This document shows positions 25,254 to 38,345 of a stretch of DNA of 64,000 nucleotides, piece after piece. Each line of letters opens with the position of its first letter. Position 1 is the stretch's first letter. Under the pieces are notes generated by a model that made no database searches, was not told the DNA's origin, and was given only the letters and a program-made list of their open reading frames with translations. The stretch comes from Callorhinchus milii (taxonomy: Eukaryota). The DNA lies in contig NW_024704743.1 in the NCBI RefSeq assembly GCF_018977255.1, positions 89,468,001 through 89,532,000 of the forward strand. The letters run 5' to 3'. Both the position numbers and the translations under genes were made by a program.

Positions 25254-26982
25254 CACGCGAGTATAGTCAAGTGCTCTTGTCAGGATTGTTATTATGGCAC
25301 ATTATTAGAGCAGAGAGCATGACTAAACTGAACCTTAGACTACCTGATGCAGCCACTCTCCAGGCATTGGCGCCTCTGATCCTGATGAGTGAGCACCCAC
25401 AAAAATGCTGCCTAATTATGACTGAAATGAACGGTAGAAGATTTGTTAATATCTTATTGTAAGATATATTCAGTACAGCAAGTACATATTTTCCTAAGAT
25501 GTATTGTGATGTCATGTGCAATACTTTTGATGATTAAAAGGAGTACTTTATGTAGGAATATTTGAGAAGCAAAATGAAATGAATAATCAAAACTTTATAT
25601 TCTACAGATAAATTTCCATTGAAGGCTCCACTAGTCTACTAATATAACTTGATTTACGTTTTTGTTCAACTCGCCTTCATTCTTGCATTACAGTAGCAAA
25701 TGGTTGCAAATGCATGAGCACTGTTTACAAATGTATGGCAGAATGCGCTCCTATTTTTCAGCACATTTTCTGAATGATACTCAGGGACTATGAAGATGAA
25801 TTACTTATCACACTTATTGGATTTTTGTAGAAGAGCTTTCAAGTTACTGAAGTAACCCTTCAGTGTTTAATGGCATGAGAACAGGAGGTATGAGATGAGA
25901 ACTAACTTTCTTCAGTTGAACGTCAACAAGACCGAGGCTCTCCTGATTGGCTTCCATCAGCGCCTCCTCACCTTTTCAAATGGTCCATTTATCCATTTGA
26001 CAACATCAATTTCTCCAAATGGATGAATGGACAAATAGATGGCAGACTTGACTTGGAAAAATAAACTACTCTCCTCCAATGCCAGAGGAGAATAACTAAA
26101 CAAATTAGTTCAGCGCCTTGGGACGTCCTCCCGACGTGAAAGGCGCTCAATAAATGGAATCTTCTTGTTGTTGTTGTTGTTGTAACGGAAATATGATAAA
26201 ACGGAATACCCAGCAATATGTGCTAGGAATCCATCCACAGTTTTCAGTTCGTCCTTTGTAATGTTTATTGATTAATTTTGTGAGAAGCAAGTAAACATGT
26301 TGCCACAAAGTTGCAAAATATGAAGCAGGAATAAAACATCAACCAATATTGTGATTTTTTTACCATCATGACCAGCATTTTGGTTTATTGCTATTTCTTG
26401 ACCGAGAAAAAGTCCAAAACATCTGATGGGAGAGTCAGAAAGCAAAACATCAGGCATAAAACAGCCTCTGCCGGTATTTGGGATTACAATATATTCAGGG
26501 TATTTTGTGAGCTAAATGCAGAAGTTAGGTGCAAACAAAAAGTCTTAATTAATGGAGTGGCTTCTACATTGCATATGTTATATTTTAGACCTGATTGTTT
26601 CCTTTTGCTTTACTCCACCAAACAATGAGTGGAAACTGTGTGGAAACATATCAGATCTGAATCTCCTTAAAAGTGCATTCTATCTGGATGTTTCAATCAC
26701 CACATTTCAATGTTTCTGGTCATATGTAAAGAGCTATCAGGCTAAGCTAACAGAAAGACATCATGCCCAAAAACCCAGCAGTTCCAAACAGTATTTGAGA
26801 ACCTGAGCTCTAATGATCCCCATCTGAATTAGGTGAGCTGCAGTTGATACAATTAGGGCTTCTGTTGTTCAGGATTTAAAATATTCACTTTTAAGGCTTA
26901 TTTCCAGTTTATTTTTAGCATTTTTAGGAGTTCTAAAACATTGAAGGGTTTCTACTACTTTTAATAGAAGATTCAGACATGC

Positions 26983-27208
26983 TTGTGAGAAGAGGGAGGC
27001 ACTGTGCATGCTTGGGGGCATGCACAGCGCTCTGGGACACTACCATGAGTGAGGGGCGCTATACAAATGCAAGTTGTTGTTGTCATTGAAAGCGCCTCTC
27101 TCCCCTACATGTGGCAGGTGTTTCTTGGTTCCAGACACCCCTGTGTACATGTACGCGGGAGGGAGAGAGGCATGCTCACACATGGGCAGTGCCTTCCTCC
27201 TCTCACAA
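26983..27208. repeat. Imperfect palindromic (foldback) element interrupted by an L2 tail
   Basis: Outer arms ttgtgagaagagggaggcactg / cagtgccttcctcctctcacaa; inner arms gcctctctccc / gggagagaggc. Confidence 0.75.
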
Positions 27209-27437
27209 ACGTTCCACAAGAGACACCTGTGTGGGCAATGATAGGTAACCATTTACAGGATTTTGCAATACACATTGGATAAACATCGATTTCTCTTTTA
27301 TATATTGTTTTTTTTTATTGGGGGGGGTCTGTTAAATCCGAAAATCAGAAGCCCTAGATATAATGTACATCTGTGCCATAGAAAAAATAAAGTCCAAACT
27401 GGAATTTGTGGAATGTAAATTAAAAAACGTTCCTCAC

Positions 27438-27551
27438 CTTTTCTTCTCCATTTCAGGAATCTTGGGCAGCACAATTTTTGGTTGGATGAATATTTTTGGA
27501 TACAGCTTCAGGAATATTTGGTGAGCAATAGCTGTACTTTGGAGATTATTT
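27438..27551 (-). CDS. CNBD1: CNBD1 coding exon 3 (NNLQSTAIAHQIFLKLYPKIFIQPKIVLPKIPEMEKK)
   Basis: cttgtttag acceptor, AG|gtgagg donor, 114 nt, phase 2->2; resembles human AHDTFMKQYPKVFLHQKPRLPKL. Confidence 0.9.
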
Positions 27552-28349
27552 CTAAACAACAAGAAGGGCAAAAACCTCAACAAACTGCTAACCCAACTGA
27601 ATGTTTGACTTCTATTAGAAACAATCACTCTTCTATTGTCTTTCATTCTACGATCAATCTAAAATGAAAATAAAATCATGTATGCCATAGGCATTACCTG
27701 AGTATTCTTTCTGTCTTAAGATCTACTATCCAGTGTTCAATTCTTCTATTTGCTGATTAGTTCCTTGATTTGCCATTTCAAAAAGAGCCCATTTTATTTC
27801 ATGGAATTACCATATCAGAATAGTTCTATATTTCCATTAGTGCTGAAAGAATGGATCACTTCAAATTTCTCATCCATTAGCTGGAGTATTCTTATTCACT
27901 TTGGGGAATGTGTTCCTTTCCCTTATCTCTAAACTTACTTGACTGCTTGCATTTCCTTACCAGTCATGCAGATTGTGGTTGCTTGTCCCAGTACCTTTCA
28001 GCTCCTACCTTAAAATTTCCAATTACAATTTTTAAAAAAAAATTATTGATACCTTGATCATGATTTCAGTCATAACAAATTTAAGAATACAATGAATTTA
28101 CTAATTTCTTATAATTAGTCTGTTGCATTTTTTGTATTGCAGTTACAGTAAATAAAATGTCAGATTTTATTTTATTGTAATAATACATCCTTGAGTACAT
28201 GTCAAGGCGTTTCATAAAATATACTGTAGGGCAGCATGACTGTGTGCCTTTTGTGGATGAACACGGCAGGCAATTTGCACACAACAACGTCACGAAAAAC
28301 AGCCACAGAGTGAGTGACCAACTCCCCTTGGGGGGTGTCAACAGCACAC

Positions 28350-28665
28350 CTGGCCTGTTAATCCTGCAAGCTAAATCCCTTGTGGGTAGAGTGATCCTAG
28401 TTTGACAAGCAGCAGGAAGCTTGCCAGACAGCTTGCTAAACAATGGTAAACTATGCAGTGTTATCTGGTTAAACTCCAGCAATAATCCAACGCACATTCT
28501 TCGGTTTCAAGTCTGGGTTCTTGCCATCCTGTGCCTGATACTTTCTGGGATTATACAAGCAGTGGGTGCTTCACTCCAGGAAGAGTGGGCGAATTCCAAA
28601 CCAGACATGGGGTGATTTCCATGTTTATGCAAAACTGTCAGTCTTGTTTGGATACTGATAAGCGG
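28350..28665 (-). repeat. Repeat C, copy 4
   Basis: Reverse complement: ctagtttgacaagcagcaggaagcttgccagacag...tttggatactgataagc. Confidence 0.8.
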
Positions 28666-30918
28666 GTCCCACCTGGTCACCGCCTCTCTACCCCATCTCG
28701 GTCAAGGTAAGGGAGCCAGAGATGTTATCCAACATGAAGGGCACTGTACAAATAATAATCATCCTTACTTCATCAATTTCATAAGGGAGTATTATCTGGA
28801 CATTCATAAATGATCAAGTTGATGACTCCCCAAACCTCATGCATTGTGAGTCATAGCAGTCACTTCAATGGGAGCTAGCTCAAGTAGGGCTACGTCTAAA
28901 ACTTTACCTTAGCTGGATTGTGCTATGTTGCTTTGATTTAAAATTCCAAGTATTTCTGAAGGACAATGTCTGAGACGCAATGTTGGACGGATTGCATGGG
29001 AAAGACTACGTAGATTGATTGCCAGTCTGACTGCCTTTGTAACCAATGAACCCTGCATGGCAGAAGCACATTAACTTGAATTGGGTGTTACTTTTATGCA
29101 GTTTTCCATGGCACAGACAGTTGGCTAAAGACATGCTTTACTTCTGAATTCAACAGACATTGGACATTTTCTAGCGTGACTCAGATCCAACTTTATTTCC
29201 TACAGCTTCTCTTGTATTTCCTGATGCTATGTTCCTCTGCCAGTTTAATTTCCATGAAGTTTTTGTATTCATGGGTCACCTTTCAAAGAGGGTCACATTT
29301 CATTCTTCGGGTAAGGCATGCTTTGCATACCTGATTGTGTGAAGCATTTTGGATAGCAGTGGAGAAGAGAGCTCTGGCAGTACTCACTAGCTCTGAAATG
29401 GTGTTTAAAAAAATTAATGATATCTGTTAGCCTGGGGTTACTGAGCTACAGTGATTATAGATTGCTGCTCCAAATTTGAACCAATATGAAACCAACCTTT
29501 AAAGACTTGATGTTTCAAGCACCTATGAGATGAGATTTTGCAACTCAGCAAGATTTCAACTGCCAAGTTTGTACTGAGCCATAGTAAGAATCAAATTCAC
29601 TCCAGCTCAACCATGACAAGGCAATCTGAGTAACTACAACATGTGGAGTGCTAGAAATGAACTCTAGGGTTAACATGACACCAATTAAATTCATCTCCTC
29701 TCCTCAAAAACTGGATAGCAGCATCATGCAGAAGTATACTTAGTGTGAAGAGCATTCCAAAGTAATTGAAGCATGGCTTGTTAAAGTTGCCAAGTATTAG
29801 AGGTCACTTTCCTGGTGCCTATTTTGATGACAATTTTTAAGTGGTCCATCTTCACTGCCTCATAATGGTCTGTGTATATCAGTTTACTTCCAAATGTAGG
29901 AAACATAGACCAATATGGTCCTTGAAGCAACTCACTGCATAACTATCACTGAGCAGTAACACAGTCTAGAATTTTTCAAGATGCGATGTCCTGGCAGCTC
30001 AACCTATTAGCACTTTACTCCAAGCCTAAATGAATGAGTTCAGGTCCCAGCACTACTTGTCTCTCAAACTAATTTGTCTTAAATTCATTGTACTTCATTG
30101 GTTCTTTGCCAGGGCATCAGACTCGCATGGAAGCTGCTCCAGAAGAGAGAAAAATATAAAAATATAACCCACTTGAATTGCTCGTCCTCCTCGGCCTCTC
30201 AGCTGCTTTTAATACCACTCCATCCTCTTCAATGGATTGATTTCAATGTCCTCACCTATAAATTCTTTAATACTCCTAGCACCTCTCCTTTCTCATGCAC
30301 CTCTGCCGAACCATACTCTCCTGATAACAATTGTGTTTGACCCATCACCTCCACTTTGTCTCCTCCAAAGATTTCTCCTCCCGTCCTTTTTGATTATCTT
30401 TGGAATACCTCAGGGCTCTATATTCAGTCCCCCTCCCCACTTCAACATGCTACCTCTTTGTGATATCACCCACAAACACGGGGTTACATATGAAACCACA
30501 CCTGCCTTCTCTCCTCTCCCTTGTCTTCTCTTTTCTGTCTCTATTAAGGGTTCCGAGACATCTTACATAAAGAGTGCTATATTTGTAAGCTGTTTTCGAT
30601 GTTGAACCCACTGTTGGCCTAGAACAGCAACATTAAATGTGGAACCTGATCGCTCGCACACTCGTGTGTGTGGCAGTGAGCAGTCTGTAAGGGAGAATGG
30701 AATTGCTGTGATTTTAAAGTTTATTTTCAAAAACAAGTACAAAATCAACAAGTAGATCCATGCCAAGGATACTAACCATAAGAATAACATATTGTTATTA
30801 GTAATACATAATAACAACAAACAACAATTAAACTAGACTCTACAATGGGGGAGGGGATAACAGCACAACGTGCAACAGTTATTTGTTATTTATAATAGAG
30901 GCTTATGTTGAGTCATAC

Positions 30919-30973
30919 CTGCTCTGTAGGCCATTGATGTTACACAATTCCTCCATTTTATTGTAATCAATCC
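30919..30973 (-). CDS. CNBD1: CNBD1 coding exon 2 (IDYNKMEELCNINGLQSR)
   Basis: ttttctag acceptor, AG|gtatga donor, phase 1->2; resembles recalled human CNBD1 INYGQLNALCHIRGQHSR. Confidence 0.85.
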
Positions 30974-31860
30974 CTAGAAAATACTGTATTTCTAGGAGAG
31001 ATGGATGAAAATTAGATTTTGTTGTAACAACATTAAAAACATGATCATTTTTGGTAAATCGACATGCAGGCTTGTTATCAAAAATCCACAATAAATGATT
31101 GGGTTCCCAAGGTCCTAGCATTTATAATTCTCAAATTCCAAATCATTTATAATATCCTTTATTCACAATAATTAGATAAAGAGTCTTCAGTAAAGAACAT
31201 ACATTGAAAGACACTCAGGTACTTCAGATATGATTTATACCAATAACCAAAAGCCACAATCACCCCATTTTACCATTGAGTTTTAATTTAATAAGTATGT
31301 CAAGCTATTTACTCCATGGAGGGGATAGATGTTACTAGGGGGAAGTTGAAAGAGACCTAAGGGTGTGTGTTACTCATCACTCACCATATTTAAATAGTGT
31401 GACTGAGACGAGAACAAAAAACTGACCCACACCTTTGATCCATGGTTCAAAAATAAACCCAACCTCCTTCCTTCCCTCCCTCCCTCCCTCCCCCCCACCA
31501 CCATCCACCCCAACCACACTGTGATTGTTTGTGTACGAACTCCGACTCACCCCCTCCCTACCTCTTTCAAGGACGGTCTCAAGACCGTCCACTTTGACCG
31601 CACCTCCGGTCATCTTTGCCCTGCTCACCGCCCTCGGCTCCCACCTTGGCACATCCTACCGAGGTGAACGGTGCTGCATAAATGTAAATTTGTATCATAT
31701 TGTACAGCATAAAATTATATAATGCAGTACAATATGCTCTATCTACAATACACATAACAAGTTGTTATTGCTGTGGTACAGTAGTGGGAGGCTGGCGCTG
31801 AACCTCACCTTGCAGTAGATGCAGGAATAACTGTGTGTATAGAGTGTGTGTTGGACTTAC

Positions 31861-31897
31861 CTCGAGGGCGAGCCTTGATCACCTGCTGTCCAGCCAT
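31861..31897 (-). CDS. CNBD1: CNBD1 putative first coding exon (MAGQQVIKARPR-G)
   Basis: ATG at 31897, strong donor GAG|gtaagt, phase 1 matches the next exon; lies in a CpG-rich patch next to two X-boxes. The peptide itself is not recognisably conserved. Confidence 0.7.
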
Positions 31898-31987
31898 GTG
31901 GACGGAGGCCGGGGCTGCAGAGGGTGTTTGTGTTTGTATGAAAGTTGCAGTAACCAGGACAGGGGAGCGAGCACCGGCCTGGCGTCT

Positions 31988-32031
31988 GTCTCCATGGTAA
32001 CAGCAAACAGCCTGAGCGCCGCCATAGCAAC
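31988..32031. promoter_or_regulatory. Two tandem RFX X-box motifs in the CNBD1 promoter
   Basis: GTCTCCATGGTAAC (31988-32001) and GCCGCCATAGCAAC (32018-32031) fit the X-box consensus GTNRCCATGGYAAC; about 90-135 nt upstream of the ATG. Confidence 0.75.
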
Positions 32032-32169
32032 ACCCAGAACAACACAGCTGATCCCACTCACTAACCCTGGCCAGGGTCAGTCAGTCTGTCAGTCAGTCAC
32101 AGTCACACACCATCACCAGGTGCTGCAACAGGAAACCTCGCTCGCCTGCATTCAAGGCAACATCGAAGC

Positions 32170-32570
32170 AACAACAACAACAAGATTCCATTTATAAAGC
32201 GCCTTTCACGTCAGGAGGACGTCCCAAGCAGAGCAAGGATGATGTGACAGCACCATTGGAGAAATAGCATACGTCAGCTTCTGGGAAGGAGTGGGGGGGG
32301 GATTGAAATCCCACCTGGGATGAGACCCACATATCAACAACAACAACAATAACAACAACAAAATTGCATCTATGCATCACCTTTCACTGGACAGTTGAGG
32401 GTTTGCACCCGAGCTGGGGGTTGGAATCAAGAGGGGTGGAAGTTGGGGAAGTAGGGGTGGAAGGATGTCCGAAGGTATGATCAAAGAGAAAGGTCTTGAG
32501 AAGGATCTTGAAGAAGGCAAGGGGGGAGGTAATAATAATCCTTGCATTTGATATAGCGCCTTTTCACTCT
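32170..32570 (-). mobile_element. Stacked L2 and SINE 3' tails immediately upstream of the CNBD1 promoter
   Basis: Two (CAA)n-led L2 tails and one (TAA)n-led SINE tail. Confidence 0.75.
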
Positions 32571-35500
32571 CCCAGCACTGCTTGGAGTGTCAACCTGGAC
32601 TATAACCTGATGCAAGACTCCAAAATTAAGATTAAATTTAAGAATTAATCAAATTTGGCACATTCTGAAAAGATGGAATTTTGCTCCCCAGATTTGGTTT
32701 GGGTTTTGTTTGGAATAACATTCATTCAAACTAAACACAGCTCCAATTGTAAATATGTATATTATCTGTTGCATTTTTGCTGACCATAACTTTCGCTCCT
32801 AAAGTCTCCAACATTCACAGCTGTAGATGTATATAGGCTGCCCTGCCTGGATTCAATAAAAAAAACAATATTTGTTGGTTCTCATAGTTCTCCGCAATCT
32901 AATAAAATACTTTTTGATTATTAAGTTCTTTGTACAGAAAAATTGAATTAAAACACACAAAACAATATAGAAGGAAGGAAGTTTTCACTGCAATAAACAT
33001 TGGAGTGCAATACTTCTGGCCTCATGTTGACTATCATGATAATAATAATGGTATAATCACAGTATCATAAAACTCATTGCTCCATATTTGCCAACTACGG
33101 TTTGCAGTCACTTCTGACTGCTCATTGATTTGCTTTCTAAATTAACTGCTGAGTGCTTTATTTCAATCTGCCATTCAACGTGAAATGCTTTATTACAACA
33201 ACTTCCTTTAAAAAGTTCTATTTCTAATCTCTGACATCTCCTCAGTAATTAAAAGACCTTCCTTTTTTACTTCCTCTCTCTTCNAAAAAAACTTTTTATA
33301 TGTTACAAAGACAGCATTAAAAAAGATTCAGCTGTGATTATAAAATTCACTGGATTAGAAAATCAACTTCCACATTAGATCAGAGTTTGATTTCTTGATC
33401 CATATCAGTTGAAAATAGATTAATTTCAATCGTGCAAAAATATATGGAGCTAGTAGCAGTTTTCTTTTGTTCACATTCTTTTTGCCTTCTATTGTTCTGA
33501 ACAAAGTCCCTTGGCTATACTGATTAAACTGATATTGCTGAATAATTCACCACCGAGTTCAAAGCTTATTTCTATTAAACTGCAAACTCTCACATGACCA
33601 GATTGTTTAAGCGGATTTCAATTTTAAACAAGAAAGCCAAACATATATTAAAAAACACAAATAATTTTAGCATAATCTAACTTTAATGATTGCAACTATC
33701 CCAAATGCTATTTCTAATTCTAAAATAAAATTGGTGATATTTACCAGTGCATTTCAGTGTTATGCCCTTTTGTCCAGTCCAAGACTGAGGATATGGAGAG
33801 TGGTAACAAGGAAAAAGATAAATTAGACATTGAACTCTTGACTTCAAATGTATACTTTATTAATGGTATTCAGAAAAGGTTGTGGCATTTTATAATGTGC
33901 TAATTAACACAAGGATTGAACTGTGAAATGCATCAAACATTCTCCTATGTATTCACTGAAAAGTTGCAATGATGAACCATATCTCCACAATCTATGGAAT
34001 GGACTTAAAAGGTAAAAATCAATCTTCCTTTGAAGAAAATGCCTTTTCTGTCAGGTTTACATCTTTCTTCACAAAAGATTGCAAAAGAGAATTGAGAATG
34101 AAAAAGAGCCTTCAACCCACTTGATCTCATCAGAACTGTGCAGTTAATGGTACTTTTTCTTAATTGTTAGGGAACAAACAAGTCTCTAATTCTTCTCTCG
34201 TTTTGTTTCTTTCTCAATCTAAACAGAGCCTCACCAATTAAACCATTGGAGGTCTGCCCACAGCTAAGCAAAGACCCAACCAATCATCCATTGAGGTTCA
34301 TTGGGGCTTCAAAGCATTTATTCAATTTGGGGTATGAAAAAAATCTTGGTCACGTTGTCTTTGGGACAATGACCGTGATTATCATAGGCCTCAGCTGAGT
34401 ATGAGCAGTTTGGAAGACATTAACCTTTCCACCATCTTCCAGTAATCACAAAGCCCCTGCTATTGATTGCTGGATATACCTGTGTTTCTTTTACGTAGAT
34501 ATACTAGCTTGACAACTTTCAATTTAAACAATACGTAGAGTTATACAAAGTGATATGGCATCGAAACAGACCATTCAATCCAACTAGTCAATGCTTGTGT
34601 TTATACTGCACATGAGTGCCCCACCCCTTCGATTCCTATTCCTTCTATTCTATTTATTTCTCCTTTACGTATGCATCAAGTTTCTGCTTGAATAAATTGA
34701 TACTTTTAGTTTTAATCACAGCTTCCATTAATGAGTTCCACATTCTCATTCCCTTTGCATGACAAAGTTTCTCCTAAACTTCTTATTAGATCTACTACTA
34801 GCTATCTTATATTTTCTGCCTTCTTGATTGACTCCTTTAATAATCTTATCAACCTCTATCAAGTCCCCCTCTCAATCAACTACCTCATTACCAAATATTT
34901 CATTGGAAAATTTATGAAAATTAGAAACATTTCGTTTAGTTATCAGTAGGAATTGTTATCTGTTACCAAAGGGAGGTTGATATCAGTCCCATTGTTGGTG
35001 TAATTTGCCCTTCTCATGCAAAGTCAATAGCTGCCATTATTCTGGGCTATTTACTATCCTCTTTCAAAACCAAAGAGAGAGAATAGAATTTCTTCACTAT
35101 TATCACCTCCATGGATTGAAACTTAATGAAACAGTGATTAAGTGCATTGCAATACTGATCTTGCATAATGTAATGAGACAGCTTCAAGAATAGAAATAAT
35201 TGCTACACAAAAATTATGAAAATGTCAACTTAATTATTAGTCTGCTTCATTTCCTGACAAGAGTGATAATGTTGACTTTGTATAAAACAGATCATTAAAG
35301 AATTGCACGCAAATAAATACAGTATATTTGTGTAATAAGAACTAATTAAACTGATGTATGTGTAAACCGCCTGGAATTCAATGATGATAGGCAGAAATAC
35401 TTACATTGTTTTTTTAATTATAATCTACATGTCAAGTCTGTCAGATCCCATTTTTGCTTCTCCAATGACATGGTGTTGATTTGAAGGCTACAACTGGCAG

Positions 35501-36032
35501 CAGATTAGCAATAGTACAACTGTCAACATCGTAAATAATGTAGAGTAAGACTATACAATTGTAATTGAATTCCTGTTACCAAAGAGCCTATTTGGCTCAC
35601 TCTTTCAGCAGCCAGTTTTGTACCTTATACTTTAAACGTTATCAGCAATGCATATTTCATCTACTTATTCTTCCTGCCAAAATTCATCATCTCACACTTT
35701 TCAACATGGAATTTAATCTATGTGCTCCTGAACTCCTTACAGTCCTCTTCACAGATAGTGACACTCCATATTTTGCATTGTCTGCATACTTTGATACCAT
35801 GTCTTATCCCAGCTAATAATAATGATAGTAATAATAATGCTTGCATCTGATATAGCTCCTTATAAAGTCGAAATATCTCAAAGAACTTCAAAGTGATTAA
35901 TGTTAACTTTAGTGATTGTGTATTTTATTGGCAAACTCGGCAGCCAAGTCCCACAAACAGTCAAAAGGTGAATGACCATTTTAACTGGCGGATTTTTGGT
36001 CACTGGGAGAAACTCCTTTCACTTTCTGAATA

Positions 36033-36361
36033 GTCATGTAGCTCAGAGGTTAAAGCCATCGCTTTGCAAGCATAAGACCTGAGTTCAATTCCAGGCAGGG
36101 TGAAACCTTGGGCAAGTTTCCTTACTCCACATGCCTAATAATAATCCCTCCAAAACCAAAAACAATAATAAAATTGGTCATTTTCAATCTACGACTGTTT
36201 GTGGGACATTGCTGTGCGCAATTGGCTGCCGCGTTCGCCCACAAATATACAGTCAATTCACTTTACAGTGTGTTCTGTGAAGCGCTTTGGGACGGCCTCC
36301 CGACATGAAAAGCGCTATATCAAATGCAAGGATTATTATTATTATTATTATTATTATTATA
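36033..36361 (+). mobile_element. tRNA-headed SINE (family A), near full length, short variant
   Basis: A/B-box-like head gtagctcag..gttcaattcc, Deu-like body tgtgggacattgctgtgcgcaattggctgccgcgtt, L2-like tail, (ATT)n. Confidence 0.92.
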
Positions 36362-36364
36362 GTG

Positions 36365-36558
36365 GAATGGGTTCTATAATGTCCACCTGAGCGGGAAGAT
36401 GAGACTTCATTTTAATCTCATCTGGAGGAATCCATCTCTGACAATACAGCACTGCCCCAGAACTGCGGTAGAGTTTCAGCCTGGATTATGAGCTCAAAAT
36501 GCTAATGTAGAAATTGACCCCACAATCATCTGACTCAGTGATACCAACCGCCAGGCTA
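36365..36558 (-). mobile_element. SINE family B, 5' half (3' half at about 35815-36030, split by the family A insertion)
   Basis: gtccacctga..acagcactgccc..atctgactcag are reverse-strand family B motifs. Confidence 0.7.
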
Positions 36559-38019
36559 AAAAAAACACAGCAAAAACAAAACTTGTACATATATTGTCCT
36601 TCGTGTCCTCATGTCTCATAGTACTTTACAGTCGACGCCAAGCCGGGAGGGGTAGAAGGTGACCATAGGCACGGTTGAGGAGGTAGGTTTTAAGACAGGA
36701 TTTGAAGAGGGGCGTTAGAGAGGGAGCAAAACAGGGGCTTGAGGGAGGGAGAGGTGTAGAATTCGAACGCTTGTCCACAGCTCAGGTAAGGCACAGGTTC
36801 CCCAAATTACGCACTTAATCGTGAGTTTAAACTACAACATGTCGATAAGCATTTTTTCAAACATTACTTTTTTCTCCAACTTCTTGTGTTTTTTTCTATC
36901 CTATAGGCACTTTAAGTTTAGTGTTTGGATTTATGAAGCCAATCAATGAACTATTTGTCCTTCCCTTCTTTCTATTTTTCCTCCTCCTATATGTTTTCAC
37001 TTTAGGAGCACTCTGCCTGGCTGAATCTGAATCACTCCTTCTTCAACGCGCTATAAATAATGTGCCCGTGTTGATGATAGATATCGATTTACTGTTGGGC
37101 CCATTTGTGTTTGCATTTCAATTATACCAAAAGCTTTCTGACTCAGGTTCTCATTTTCTCTTCACAAAGGGGTTCAGGATAAAAATGGCACATAGATTAG
37201 CTACATTGATCTACGTGTCTGAGACACATCACTGATGAGAAATTGATACGAATCCAGAGGTGTATCATGGCTATCGCGTGGGCAGTCTTAGTTTGTTCCC
37301 CAGATCAGCACACGGGTGTTTGTTTTGTTTCTCCCTGTCCCCTCTGTGGATCTTCCTATACCACACACCATTTCCCCAGTGGAAGGATGACTAACTCTCG
37401 GTATTTGCCAAATTGGTTGCTGTATTTCCCCACAGAAGTATCCAGTCACACTTTTTACAATATATTCTCTGAAATGCTTTGAGAGGTCTCAACGACATCA
37501 TAACTGCCCCTGGCTCGGTCCTGGGATTCAAAACTGTAAAGTACTCTGAGATGCCATCCGGTGTGGAGGGCGCTATATAAATCCAAGTTGTTTTTGTTGT
37601 TGTTGTTGTAACGTGATATATCAAATTGCAGGATTATTATTATTATTCATTATGAAAGAAGTAAAGGCTACTTTACTAACAATCTTACTTCTTCCGTAAC
37701 CCAATATACAGTCCCTTGTACCATAAACTCATTGCCATATATTTTATCCATTGGGAATCTCTGGACAAATATTCCTGATCCCAAAGATAATAAGCAAACT
37801 TTTCAAATACTGTTTCTTCGTCACAGTTCCACTGTTGTTAATTTAATGATAATGATCTTTCACCCTGGTATATTTTCAAATAAAGTGAAGTTAAAGCTAT
37901 AAAGAAATCTTGAAATCCAGATTATTTACATTTTTTAGTCTTAACTGTCAGCACAGAAGGAGATTATTATTTGATTGTGTCTGTGTTGGTGCTAGTTTCC
38001 CTAATTTTGTTTGGTCAGC

Positions 38020-38345
38020 CGGGTGTCTGACACATGCTTAAGACTATCCAAACCAAACTTAGAGTTCTATGCATCCCATCTCTACATTGAGAGTTCCAGA
38101 CATATTTATTGGAATGAATGCGTATTCTCTCTCTGGAGGGATGCACCCTGCTTACCTAATTTTAGAAAGTATTAGGTAAATTAGGTATTAGGTTAACAAG
38201 AGCCAAGGCTTAGGGATCCCAGAGTGTGCATTGGGATACTGCTAAAGTCTGACAGCTAAACCACATAGTTGCTATTGAAAGCACAGTCCAGCAAGCTTTC
38301 CTGCTGCTTGTCCAGCTAGGATGACCCTACCCCTTAGGCTTCCTA
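38020..38345 (+). repeat. Repeat C, copy 5 (interrupted by CR1)
   Basis: Same motifs; appears to resume as agggttaa at 40497. Confidence 0.85.

Noticed and set aside
25380..25430. Hammerhead ribozyme core (CTGATGAG), also at about 37232
   Set aside because: No properly placed GAAA or supporting stems.
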